Below the pieces are notes generated by a model, which worked only from the letters and a program-made list of their open reading frames with translations, was not told where the DNA came from and ran no database searches. Positions 38,126 to 46,531 of a stretch of DNA of 59,024 nt are shown piece by piece. The stretch's first letter is position 1, and the number at the start of each line of letters is the position of its first letter. This DNA is from Escherichia phage Utah: sequence record KY014601.1; one strand, given 5' to 3'. The translations under genes and the position numbers were made by a program.

Positions 38126-40321
38126 GTGGCGGATGAAGACGTAGGTATCAGCGCGGCCAAACTGGTCGGCGAAGCCTTGCAGTGGAATGGCGCGAAGCCC
38201 AAACTCACATACCTGTCCCGGTGTGTGGGCGAAGCGTTAGCCATTTCCGCATTGAACATCGACGCGGCGAAAAACTTCGGGGAGGTTTTGCAGTGGGACG
38301 GTAAATTGCCGTCCATCTTCCGCGCGGCCGAGTTGGTCGGCGAAGTGCTGGCGATTCAGAAGATGGAGATCCGCGCGTCAACGATGGTCTGTGAAGCACT
38401 GGTCAAAGAGCCGCAATTTATGGCGGCCGAAATGATCTGCGAGGCTATCGGTCAGGCGGCCACGGAACGGCCACCGCTTTACGCAGATGCGGTTTATCAG
38501 TACGTCACGCAGCACGATGTCGTACCGCCGTTGTCGGATGTCATTTCGCCGGAAAGTCTGTACACGTTGTGGAATTACGCCATTGTCCAGCGGCCGATCG
38601 ATGCCCCGATTTCCTACAACATCGTGAAGCAGGCGGTGACGCTGTCCGTTCTGGCGTCGCCTATCGTGACTATTTCGTACGACAAGGTGAAGACCGCGTG
38701 GTCGTATGCCGTGGTGTCCGCGACGCTCGGTGACTTCCCGCTGCCGGATGAAATGTGGTCGAAGATCAGCACGAAACAGGCGTGGAATCTGGTATTGCAG
38801 TCGATCGACATCCCGTACGTCCCGACGTCTGGTGTGTTCGTTCGCCATGAATCGACGCTGGTGGTTCAGGCCCATCCGCTGCCGATGTACACGACGCCTG
38901 CGTCCGTGAAGTCGAACGTGGTTCTGGCCGCGCAGAAGCGCCCGGTTGAACGACTCCCGCGCTCAAGGACTCGCGTGGCGCAGGCATTATCGCAGGCCGT
39001 TACCGCGTTGCCGATCCCGATGCCCCGGTCAAACGTGTTCGCCGCGCAGACGCTGTCACAGGCGGTCATCCCGGCGGACTTCGTTGACCCGACTGTCGGT
39101 GTCGAGCACGCGGCCGCAGTGACGTCGTATGCTGTTTGCGAGTATCAGGTGTCGCTTCCTATCAGTTACACGCGCGCGAAGACCCTGACGCCGCTGGTGC
39201 TGCAATTTAGCGATAACCAACGAACCATCCCGCTGTCCACGATGCGCACCAAACACGTTTCGTCTCAGTTCTTGGTCAAGTCTGACTTGCGCCCGGTGCT
39301 GTCTCGGATGCGCACCAAACACGTTTCGTCTCAGTTCTTGGTCAAGTCTGACTTGCGCCCGGTGCTGTCTCGGACGCGCGTTAAACAGGTACGCGGCTAT
39401 GCGGTGCGGGCGGAAGAGTACACGCCTCCGATTAACCTGCTGGTATGGTCGCGCGCTGACGCTGTTCGCATGTCGGTGGTGCAGCAGGCAACGGACTACC
39501 CTGACCCGGGAATACCTACAACGTCGGCCATCGTTAGTGCGGCCACGGCGTACCACGTCATGAAAGCGCTGGACTACGAAGACCCGAACGATATGTGGGA
39601 GGCGAGCAAGGTTCAGACCGTGCCGCAGTTATTAGAGAAGGTGGTGAAAGCCCAACCGCTCCGGCTCCCGATCTCGTACGCTCCGCTGGCGCAATTTGTT
39701 GAACTGGTGACGCGGTACCAATACATGCCGCCTCCGGGTGAAGTTGCCGAGTCCGGTATCCATGTTCGTCAGGTAATGCAGCCAGTGGCGTTCCGCGCGA
39801 CGTACCCTGACCCGACTGTCCCGGTATCCTACCTGACGGTCAATCAGGTACTGGAGCACATCGCGACCCCGGCCGACTACCCGGACGCCCACCTGCCGAC
39901 GTCGGACGCGATTGTAAATCAGGTATTGGAACACGTTGCGCAGATTGACGATTTCCCTGATCCCGGTACCATGTTCCGGCCGCTTATTGTCAGCCAGATC
40001 ATTCAGCAGGCGGCACAGGATGCGTCTTACCCGGATTGGAGCACACTGCATAAACCGCTTGCGGTTCAGCAGGTAATTCAGCATGTATCAATGACGGCGG
40101 AATACCCTGACAAGGACGTCCCGCAATCATTTGCAAAGGTGTCTCAAGTTTTGCAGCACTATGCCGATAAAGCTAATTACCCAGACAAAGATGCTCCCCA
40201 ATCCACGCTACGAGTCCGTCAGGTACTTGAGCAGGTAATGATGCGCGACAAGTCGATGTACGAAATGCCGCAGCCACCACGGAAACATCGGGTGCAAATC
40301 ACTTGCCGCTTTGTGTACTGA
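38126..40321 (+). CDS. Highly repetitive protein (N-terminal VGEALQW repeats, tandem 22-aa duplication, C-terminal YPD repeats); possible fibre
   Basis: 731 aa; GTG start after AAGGGGG RBS; repeats LVGEALQWNG / FGEVLQWDG / LVGEVLAI; six or more YPDx units with VNQVLEH / VSQVLQH. Confidence 0.5.
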   Translation: MADEDVGISAAKLVGEALQWNGAKPKLTYLSRCVGEALAISALNIDAAKNFGEVLQWDGKLPSIFRAAELVGEVLAIQKMEIRASTMVCEALVKEPQFMAAEMICEAIGQAATERPPLYADAVYQYVTQHDVVPPLSDVISPESLYTLWNYAIVQRPIDAPISYNIVKQAVTLSVLASPIVTISYDKVKTAWSYAVVSATLGDFPLPDEMWSKISTKQAWNLVLQSIDIPYVPTSGVFVRHESTLVVQAHPLPMYTTPASVKSNVVLAAQKRPVERLPRSRTRVAQALSQAVTALPIPMPRSNVFAAQTLSQAVIPADFVDPTVGVEHAAAVTSYAVCEYQVSLPISYTRAKTLTPLVLQFSDNQRTIPLSTMRTKHVSSQFLVKSDLRPVLSRMRTKHVSSQFLVKSDLRPVLSRTRVKQVRGYAVRAEEYTPPINLLVWSRADAVRMSVVQQATDYPDPGIPTTSAIVSAATAYHVMKALDYEDPNDMWEASKVQTVPQLLEKVVKAQPLRLPISYAPLAQFVELVTRYQYMPPPGEVAESGIHVRQVMQPVAFRATYPDPTVPVSYLTVNQVLEHIATPADYPDAHLPTSDAIVNQVLEHVAQIDDFPDPGTMFRPLIVSQIIQQAAQDASYPDWSTLHKPLAVQQVIQHVSMTAEYPDKDVPQSFAKVSQVLQHYADKANYPDKDAPQSTLRVRQVLEQVMMRDKSMYEMPQPPRKHRVQITCRFVY
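39241..39372 (+). repeat. Perfect 66-bp tandem duplication inside the repeat-protein gene
   Basis: 39241-39306 is identical to 39307-39372 (GATGCGCACCAAACACGTTTCG...GTGCTGTCTCG), encoding MRTKHVSSQFLVKSDLRPVLSR twice. Confidence 0.9.
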
Positions 40322-40339
40322 CAATTGACGGGTTAATAT
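40311..40339 (+). promoter_or_regulatory. Candidate promoter for lysis cassette (TTGTGT-17-TAATAT) directly abutting a terminator hairpin
   Basis: TTGTGT 40311-40316, TAATAT 40334-40339; predicted start would fall inside the 5' arm of the 40344-40370 hairpin. Confidence 0.35.
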
Positions 40340-40343
40340 TCTT

Positions 40344-40370
40344 AGCGGGCTTGTCCCGCTAATTTTTTTT
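40344..40370 (+). terminator. Rho-independent terminator after repeat-protein gene
   Basis: AGCGGG-CTTGT-CCCGCT followed by TTTTTTTT (40363-40370). Confidence 0.7.
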
Positions 40371-40385
40371 GTGAGGAAGCACCCA

Positions 40386-40724
40386 ATGAGCGAAATGGAA
40401 CGGGAACGGCCGGGGGATACCTCCGGCGGCATCAAGTTAGACTTGTCTGTCAATCTCCCCACGATTCTGACGATGGCTTCGATGCTGGTGGCGGCGGTAC
40501 TGTACGTCAATAACCGCTTCGCCGACCTATCAAATCAGAACACGCAGACGGACACCCGGCTTACCAACGTAGAGAAACGTCAGGACTCCACTGAAGCGGC
40601 GTTCACGGTTCTCCGGGCCGAAACCGTCTCGCAAAACTCCGCCCTTCGATCAGACCTTCGCGCCGACATGCGCGACCTGAAACAAAGCGTGGATACCCTA
40701 TCTTCCCAAATGATGAGGAAATAA
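40386..40724 (+). CDS. Putative holin-like membrane protein with C-terminal coiled-coil
   Basis: 112 aa from ATG 40386 (RBS GAGGAAG); single TM-like segment LPTILTMASMLVAAVLYV; directly upstream of lysin-like gene. Confidence 0.4.
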   Translation: MSEMERERPGDTSGGIKLDLSVNLPTILTMASMLVAAVLYVNNRFADLSNQNTQTDTRLTNVEKRQDSTEAAFTVLRAETVSQNSALRSDLRADMRDLKQSVDTLSSQMMRK

Positions 40725-40727
40725 CCG

Positions 40728-41441
40728 ATGGCTAAACAGAAGCCGCGCGGGATTCGCAATAACAACCCGGGCAACATCGAGTGGGGGTCGCCGTGGCAAG
40801 GGCTGATCCCGCGTAACGAGGCGACGGACAGCCGCTTCGCGCAGTTCAAAGACCCGGCATCCGGCATCCGCGCCATTGCTGTCACCCTGACCACCTACTA
40901 CGACAAGCGCAAGGCCAACGACGGCAGCAAAATCGACTCGGTTCGCGAAGTGATCGAGCGGTGGGCACCCGCCGTTGAGAACAACGTATCTGCATACGCT
41001 AAACAGGTGGCCGCCGTTCTGGCCGTTGACCCGAATAGCGAAACGCTGAATCTCCACGACTACGACACCATGCGCGGTCTGGTGGAAGGCATCATCCGCC
41101 ACGAAAACGGGAACCCGGAAGCGTTCGGCCTGACGCCGTACAGCAACGCGAATATGTGGTACTCGGACGAAGTGATCGAGGAGGGTCTGCGCCGGGCGGG
41201 CATCGTTAAGGCGGCCAAGCCTGTTAACCGTACCACCGTGGCCGCGACAAGCGTGGCAGGACTCGGCGCGGCGCAACTGGTTGACATGGTACAGCCCGTC
41301 AAGGCTGCGATGGACAGCGCCCACGGTGATATTTCTTCCGGTGATTGGGTACGCATCGCATTCGGCGCGGCCACAATCGCGATTGGCCTGTACATGGGAT
41401 GGGTCGCGTACCGGAAGCATCGGGCCGGGGCCGCTGCATGA
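40728..41441 (+). CDS. Putative peptidoglycan hydrolase (endolysin-like) with C-terminal transmembrane segment
   Basis: 237 aa; N-terminal GIRNNNPGNIEW motif that I recall from phage muramidase-type proteins (family uncertain); C-terminal hydrophobic WVRIAFGAATIAIGLYMGWVAY; followed by spanins. Confidence 0.45.
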   Translation: MAKQKPRGIRNNNPGNIEWGSPWQGLIPRNEATDSRFAQFKDPASGIRAIAVTLTTYYDKRKANDGSKIDSVREVIERWAPAVENNVSAYAKQVAAVLAVDPNSETLNLHDYDTMRGLVEGIIRHENGNPEAFGLTPYSNANMWYSDEVIEEGLRRAGIVKAAKPVNRTTVAATSVAGLGAAQLVDMVQPVKAAMDSAHGDISSGDWVRIAFGAATIAIGLYMGWVAYRKHRAGAAA

Positions 41442-41692
41442 CGGGGCTACTCGCCCGGATTAAGACGGGCGTCCTTGCGGCGCTCGTTTTCGTTGTGGCC
41501 CTCTTCGGCGTCTGGCGGGCAGGACGCGCGAAGGGCAAACAGGATCAGATTAATAACCAGAACTACGACACGTTGCGGGAACAGGCAAACGCGGATAAAA
41601 ATGTGGCCGAGGTGCATAATGAAATCAATAAACTCCCTGATGGTGGCGCTAACGATCTGCTTCGCCGTAAGTGGATGCGTCGAAAGGATTAA
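41438..41692 (+). CDS. Inner-membrane spanin (Rz-like)
   Basis: 84 aa from ATG 41438 (ATGA overlap with previous stop); N-terminal TM GVLAALVFVVALFGVW, then charged coiled-coil region. Confidence 0.5.
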   Translation: MTGLLARIKTGVLAALVFVVALFGVWRAGRAKGKQDQINNQNYDTLREQANADKNVAEVHNEINKLPDGGANDLLRRKWMRRKD

Positions 41693-41822
41693 CCCTGCGC
41701 CGTCTTTCTGTTCTGTCGCGCGCGCCATCTACATCGGCGAGGAAGACGTGCTGACAGATGAAACCGCACGGCAGATCGCCACCCACGATGAAATCGGCGA
41801 ACGGCTATGCGGCTGGAAATAG
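41619..41822 (+). CDS. Outer-membrane lipoprotein spanin (Rz1-like), overlapping i-spanin in another frame
   Basis: 67 aa from ATG 41619; signal peptide with lipobox LTICFAVSGC. Confidence 0.5.
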   Translation: MKSINSLMVALTICFAVSGCVERINPAPSFCSVARAIYIGEEDVLTDETARQIATHDEIGERLCGWK

Positions 41823-42284
41823 TTAAATGGTCGGGTGGGTAATAATCACAGTACGTTCACCCTCGATTGTCTGGTGGTACCGCAGTGAGGACACCAGATG
41901 ATCGAGGTTATTGAAGACCGGGATATTCAGCCGCTTCGCCTCTTCCACCTCAGCGCGGGTACCGGAACTGCGCATCGCATCTTCGCCAATCAGCAGAACC
42001 GCGTCACAACGGCGCATCAATTCCATCGTGCATTCCAGCCAATATTCGTCCGGTATCTCGCCCTCTGTCTTGTGCTCGAAGTGGGCCGTGTTCAGGTGCG
42101 GAGTAACCGGGAACATCTTGTGGACGTAAAGTTGATCGACAACCGACACGGCCGTCTCTTCGGCTTTCAGGATGTTGACCGTCGTCGGAACGGTGCAGCC
42201 CGAACCGATGATGTACGGGCGGTACGGCCCGGCCAGATAGATCATGACGGGCTTGGCCGCCGGGTTACACATATTCACGTTCAT
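41823..42284 (-). CDS. Nucleoside 2'-deoxyribosyltransferase / DNPH1-like protein
   Basis: 153 aa; VMIYLAGPY N-terminal motif and LLIGEDAMRSSGTRAEVEEA resembling the catalytic-Glu region of deoxyribosyltransferase-fold enzymes. Confidence 0.5.
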   Translation of the reverse strand: MNVNMCNPAAKPVMIYLAGPYRPYIIGSGCTVPTTVNILKAEETAVSVVDQLYVHKMFPVTPHLNTAHFEHKTEGEIPDEYWLECTMELMRRCDAVLLIGEDAMRSSGTRAEVEEAKRLNIPVFNNLDHLVSSLRYHQTIEGERTVIITHPTI

Positions 42285-42565
42285 ATTAAGCCTCGGTTAT
42301 ATTCGTCCACGTATTTTTCATTTTCAGGAGATCGGTCTACCTGATTAATCTCGCTGAACTCGCAGGAAATAATATCCCCACTAGGCAGGCGCACCCGCCA
42401 AAAAACATCCTCTTCACGCGGCCCGGTGCGTTCCCATTCGAGCACGGTTCCGTAGTATTTATGCCCGTTGAATCGGTCAGTGAAATGCACGGAGTCGCCT
42501 TTAATCGGCCAGCCCGGTTTTATCTTGGCACGGTATTTCCGTTTTATAGCCTCAACGTCGATCAT
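42281..42565 (-). CDS. Hypothetical protein
   Basis: 94 aa; operon context, 4-nt overlap with downstream gene. Confidence 0.45.
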   Translation of the reverse strand: MIDVEAIKRKYRAKIKPGWPIKGDSVHFTDRFNGHKYYGTVLEWERTGPREEDVFWRVRLPSGDIISCEFSEINQVDRSPENEKYVDEYNRGLI

Positions 42566-42640
42566 ACTTCATCCTCCTCAAAGTCTTCGTCAAAAAGGTC
42601 GGACTGGCCGCCGGAAAAGCTGACGACAAGCGGCGCTTTG

Positions 42641-43354
42641 TTAGTTGGCATCGGTTGAGTCCTCGCATAATGGTATGAAGTCCTTCGGGCCGTCGCCTGA
42701 ACCGGGGAAGCGCCGGAAGACCATTTCGTCTTCAATGGTCAGTTTATCCTTGCTGTTCCCGCGACGATAGAAGTCGGCCATGCCGCTCCCGTACGAACGG
42801 TCAATCCCGGCACCGTACGGATCTTGCGGGCAAAGTTCCAGCGCCAGCACTTCTCGCCAGTCAGGACGATCGATGCGGCTGACGATGCGATGGTTATTCG
42901 ACACCCGGCAGTACCCCGAGGCTATCAGCGTTTCCGCCAGCCGGGCCTGTTCCTTGCCGCGCATCGTTTTCGCGCGCTTGACATCCTCTTTCCTTGCCCG
43001 GGCGAAATACTCCCGCGAGAAGCGGCTACCGACGTTCTCCGCGAAGATGCGCTGGTCTTTGATGACCATGCCCCATTTCCGTCGGCTACCTTCTTCCACG
43101 TAGCGAATGGCCCCGGCGTAGCGCAGCAGCATGGCATCGGTCAGGCGGGCATTCTTCGGGTCTTTGGCTTTCCACCAGCCGTACACCTCCACCATGCGGG
43201 CCATCGCCTTGTCGCAGTACCACAACTCGGCGTGGCTGGTGGGCGAGTATGTTGGGTAAGACTTTGCGCCGCCGTCAAACGCCCGGTAGCAGTACCAGAC
43301 CCCGCCGCTGTACTGGAAGTGCGGTATCTTGTGATGCTCTTTCATCGTAGCCAT
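42641..43354 (-). CDS. Hypothetical protein
   Basis: 237 aa; Trp/Tyr-rich N-region; no motif recognised. Confidence 0.5.
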   Translation of the reverse strand: MATMKEHHKIPHFQYSGGVWYCYRAFDGGAKSYPTYSPTSHAELWYCDKAMARMVEVYGWWKAKDPKNARLTDAMLLRYAGAIRYVEEGSRRKWGMVIKDQRIFAENVGSRFSREYFARARKEDVKRAKTMRGKEQARLAETLIASGYCRVSNNHRIVSRIDRPDWREVLALELCPQDPYGAGIDRSYGSGMADFYRRGNSKDKLTIEDEMVFRRFPGSGDGPKDFIPLCEDSTDAN

Positions 43355-43355
43355 G

Positions 43356-43808
43356 TCAGTCCTCGGCCAGTTCAGGATTAATGGTAAACCGCAGCCCGTA
43401 CTTAAAATCGTTTACGGACAGCAGATGGATGATGTCGTCCGAGTTTTCTATCTTGATTCCCTTCGCGGCCAGCGCATCCCTCGGCGAAAGCCACGGATCG
43501 ATAGTTAACTGGCGGTATACCGGATCCATGTGTATCGGCGAGCCTTCGCGCACGATGAACGGCAGCGGGTACGGACGGCCAGACCGGGCGTGGATACGGC
43601 GTGGCCCGGGCGAACGGGTAATACCGTAGAACGATGCCATAACGTCGGGCAGCCCTTTCCCGTACATCGAGCGTACGACTTCTTCGTCGCCGCGCAGGAG
43701 CCGCTTAACGATATGCCGGACAAACGGGTACAGATCCCACTTCGCGCGTTGGCGGATGACCGAAGCCTGTCGGCGGGCCTCCTGCTGGAATAATGATCCG
43801 CGTTTCAT
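43356..43808 (-). CDS. Hypothetical protein
   Basis: 150 aa; tightly packed in leftward operon. Confidence 0.5.
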   Translation of the reverse strand: MKRGSLFQQEARRQASVIRQRAKWDLYPFVRHIVKRLLRGDEEVVRSMYGKGLPDVMASFYGITRSPGPRRIHARSGRPYPLPFIVREGSPIHMDPVYRQLTIDPWLSPRDALAAKGIKIENSDDIIHLLSVNDFKYGLRFTINPELAED

Positions 43809-44152
43809 TTTTTATATTTATCCTCTTCGTTGAAATTACGGACAGGCACGCCGTCCCAAATGCGTACGATGCCCGGGTGCGCCTCGCGCCACGATCCGAG
43901 CAGGTGGTCAGCCCACTCCTTCAAGTCTTCGCTGTATGCGGCCAGAAGTCGGTCTTCAATGGACTGGCGTTCCGCTGCGGACATCGGCCCGACCTGATGG
44001 ATGATGTCAAACCAGATCTCGTCGTGGACACCGTTGACGGCCACCAGATAGCCTTTTGCTTCCAGATCTGCGATGACGGCGTGGGTGCGGTCGGCTTTCA
44101 TGCGCATGTAGTTCATGCGGCGGCCCTCCCCCATAAGATTTGCAATGTGCAT
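43805..44152 (-). CDS. Hypothetical protein
   Basis: 115 aa; start uncertain (internal Met at 44116 would give a 2-nt overlap instead of 40 nt). Confidence 0.45.
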   Translation of the reverse strand: MHIANLMGEGRRMNYMRMKADRTHAVIADLEAKGYLVAVNGVHDEIWFDIIHQVGPMSAAERQSIEDRLLAAYSEDLKEWADHLLGSWREAHPGIVRIWDGVPVRNFNEEDKYKK

Positions 44153-44394
44153 GGCGGCTCGTCAGGATCGGAATAGATTTCGAACCCGGCGTCCTTTATC
44201 CAGCCGATCAGCATGGCGCGGGATTTATCGGACAGCGGGTGGTCGTTGTGTAACAGCGCGACCGTAGTGGTTGTCAGCCCGGCCGATGCGGCCCGGCGGA
44301 TAAGATGCTCCACCTCGCCACGCACTTCAATCGCTTCGGCAGTGTGGTGGTCAGTTGCGGCTTGATACATTTCTTCGGCGGTGATAGTCAGCAT
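44113..44394 (-). CDS. Hypothetical protein, first gene of leftward unit 4
   Basis: 93 aa; ATG 44394 preceded by GGGGG RBS and promoter at 44438-44467. Confidence 0.5.
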   Translation of the reverse strand: MLTITAEEMYQAATDHHTAEAIEVRGEVEHLIRRAASAGLTTTTVALLHNDHPLSDKSRAMLIGWIKDAGFEIYSDPDEPPCTLQILWGRAAA

Positions 44395-44415
44395 GTTGCC
44401 CCCTAAAGTAAAAAT

Positions 44416-44435
44416 CCCCGTTGTTGCCTTCGGGG
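44416..44435 (-). terminator. Terminator-like hairpin overlapping the start region of promoter 44438-44467
   Basis: Minus strand: CCCCG-AAGGCAACAA-CGGGG followed by AUUUU; lies between -10 and RBS. Confidence 0.45.
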
Positions 44436-44437
44436 AT

Positions 44438-44467
44438 AATATAGGTTATACACGCGACGTATGTCAA
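44438..44467 (-). promoter_or_regulatory. Leftward promoter with conserved spacer element (TTGACA-TACGTCGCGTGTATAAC-CTATAT)
   Basis: Minus strand -35 TTGACA (44462-44467); spacer contains ACGTCGCGTGTA core shared with promoters at 46494, 49756, 53083. Confidence 0.6.
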
Positions 44468-44474
44468 ACGGTTT

Positions 44475-44987
44475 CTAAGACTTTCTTTTCCGGGCGTGCT
44501 CCAGTCGATCACCGTGGCCCTTCTCGACCATGAAATCGCGGGTCTGTTTGTGCAGGTTGGCGATCGTTTCCTTCGTTTTCCACCAGCGCGCCACTATCCC
44601 TTCGCGCACTTCCCGTTCGCGGAACAGGACGGCCAAGTCATTCGCGGTGATGTCATACCCTTCGCACGCGGCCAAAACTCCGGCCTTGAATTCGTAGAAC
44701 AGGCTTTGGATCTCCCGGAATTCGGCCTCGGTTACGATCTCGATATTGACCGTTTTCCCTTCACCGATGTCGTCCTCGGTAAACAGGCACCCGGCTTCGC
44801 CAATGGCGCGGCCATCGTCCTTCCGGTAGCGCGTATTCCCTACGATGATCTGCGTCGGCGTGGTGCGCTCTACGCGTCGTTTCACGGCGAAGGTTACTTC
44901 CGGGCTGTACCCGATACGGATGCTGTTACGCTCCAGTGTCATGTCGCCAGTTTCGAGGTGTCCGAATCTCAATTTTTTATCGGCCAT
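44475..44987 (-). CDS. Hypothetical protein
   Basis: 170 aa; last gene of leftward unit 3. Confidence 0.5.
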   Translation of the reverse strand: MADKKLRFGHLETGDMTLERNSIRIGYSPEVTFAVKRRVERTTPTQIIVGNTRYRKDDGRAIGEAGCLFTEDDIGEGKTVNIEIVTEAEFREIQSLFYEFKAGVLAACEGYDITANDLAVLFREREVREGIVARWWKTKETIANLHKQTRDFMVEKGHGDRLEHARKRKS

Positions 44988-45223
44988 TCTGCGTATTCTC
45001 CCTTCGGTAATTCGTCAGTCACGTCGCGCTCGGCCCATTTCAGGAACGCTTCGCGGGTACAACTCGGGTAGTGTCGGCCGAAGCCTACGACCGGGCCGTC
45101 GTACTGGATGTGCGTGGCCCCGATGTACAGGATAGTGCGGTCGTTCACCAGTCCGTTTCGGTTCTGCGGCCGTTTACCGCGATAGGTGCGGCCGACTTTA
45201 AGTTTTAACTCTTCATCGGCCAT
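44969..45223 (-). CDS. Hypothetical protein
   Basis: 84 aa; overlapping neighbours. Confidence 0.45.
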   Translation of the reverse strand: MADEELKLKVGRTYRGKRPQNRNGLVNDRTILYIGATHIQYDGPVVGFGRHYPSCTREAFLKWAERDVTDELPKGEYAEWPIKN

Positions 45224-45458
45224 CGGTGTCCACCTCGACTTCGAACGTGCGCGGAACGGTCATGGTCAGCACGTCATTCTCGGTGAACGGTGACAGCGGT
45301 TCGTCGCCCGGCTGGAAGCGCAGCGTGACGCTGCCAACGTTGTGATACGTGATATAGCGAAGGCGGAACTGCTCGCCAAATATGGTAGCGAGTACGCCCG
45401 GCTTAACGTCTCCTGCGGGAATTTTCATGGTCATAGTCTCCAGTCTAACGGCTCCCAT
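45213..45458 (-). CDS. Hypothetical protein
   Basis: 81 aa. Confidence 0.45.
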   Translation of the reverse strand: MGAVRLETMTMKIPAGDVKPGVLATIFGEQFRLRYITYHNVGSVTLRFQPGDEPLSPFTENDVLTMTVPRTFEVEVDTDGR

Positions 45459-45625
45459 TGGCCGTCTCGTTTGATGTAGCAGCCGCTTAACGGGCTGTAT
45501 TTGGTTGGTAGTTCGGTCTGGACGCTGACGTCGTTACACCCGATCGCCGCGCCCACACGGCCAATGACAAACAGCACACCGCAGATAATCAATACAAACA
45601 GCGTTAGCGCAGCGATCTTCTTCAT
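45431..45625 (-). CDS. Small secreted or membrane protein (possible lipoprotein)
   Basis: 64 aa; N-terminal signal-like KKIAALTLFVLIICGVLFVIG with Cys. Confidence 0.45.
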   Translation of the reverse strand: MKKIAALTLFVLIICGVLFVIGRVGAAIGCNDVSVQTELPTKYSPLSGCYIKRDGQWEPLDWRL

Positions 45626-45635
45626 GGTGGCCCCT

Positions 45636-46454
45636 TTATTCCTTCGGTGGATTTGATTGGTGGCGATTTAGCCAGATGACAATCCCGGCAGTATAATTGA
45701 TCACGCCGAGCAACTCCCTAACCCTTTGGTCATGCGTTGGCAGGTTGACGCCTTCTACGACCTTCTTGCACACCTGATAGACCAATCCAAGCGGGCTATC
45801 GATCAGATCAGAAATGGCGTTCATCGGCTGCTGGCTGAACGGCAGGTCATTGGCGTGTCGCTCCCGCCCTTTACCATACGCGGCTTGCGTCAGCGCATCA
45901 TGCAGCACTTTGACTAATTCGGAATAATCGTTACTGTCTTTGATGTTCCGGAATTCGTACCGCCATGACCGGGAGGCCGACGGTGCAACGGCTTCCGGCG
46001 CGACGAGGGATTCGTTAAGCGGCCAGCCCTGCGCGAAGGCGAACATGATGTAATTCATCGCGTCGATGTACTGATTCTCTTCGAGACAACGACGAATGGC
46101 GTCGGAACATTGCTTCGGCCAGTCCGGCTGCATCCATCCCAATTCCAGCCCCGGGTTTTTGCGCTCGAACTGCACCAGACGGTCAAGCATGTAGCCGAAC
46201 GTCTTCTCGGCCTGTTCAACCGTTGGCGCGCTCAGTTTAGGGCGGCGCAGCACGATGACCGTCTCGGCGTCGGCGGCTTTCGGGATGGCGATCTCATTGT
46301 CCTTCATGGAATTGAGAAGGCCGAGCACGTAGTCGGTCGCGTCGTCGTCCGTTTCAAAGTCGTCCATGTCGAGGTTTAACGCGTTCATCACTGCGTTGCG
46401 GAAACGCTGCGCGGATGGCTTGCCAGCGTGCTTTTGTTTCTGTACGTCTACCAT
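45636..46454 (-). CDS. Hypothetical protein
   Basis: 272 aa; ATG 46454 lies right after hairpin T-run without clear SD, so true start may be internal (Met 46388). Confidence 0.5.
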   Translation of the reverse strand: MVDVQKQKHAGKPSAQRFRNAVMNALNLDMDDFETDDDATDYVLGLLNSMKDNEIAIPKAADAETVIVLRRPKLSAPTVEQAEKTFGYMLDRLVQFERKNPGLELGWMQPDWPKQCSDAIRRCLEENQYIDAMNYIMFAFAQGWPLNESLVAPEAVAPSASRSWRYEFRNIKDSNDYSELVKVLHDALTQAAYGKGRERHANDLPFSQQPMNAISDLIDSPLGLVYQVCKKVVEGVNLPTHDQRVRELLGVINYTAGIVIWLNRHQSNPPKE

Positions 46455-46463
46455 AATAAAAAA

Positions 46464-46491
46464 CTCCCGTTGGTGGATTAACCTTCGGGAG
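46464..46491 (-). terminator. Intrinsic terminator hairpin overlapping promoter 46494-46522
   Basis: Minus strand: CUCCCG-(16 nt loop)-CGGGAG followed by UUUUUU (plus A-run 46458-46463). Confidence 0.6.
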
Positions 46492-46493
46492 TA

Positions 46494-46522
46494 ATATTAA
46501 TTACACATGTCGCGTATGTCAA
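46494..46522 (-). promoter_or_regulatory. Leftward promoter (TTGACA-17-TAATAT) with conserved spacer element
   Basis: -35 TTGACA 46517-46522, spacer TACGCGACATGTGTAAT, -10 TAATAT 46494-46499. Confidence 0.6.
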
Positions 46523-46531
46523 ACGCTTTCT

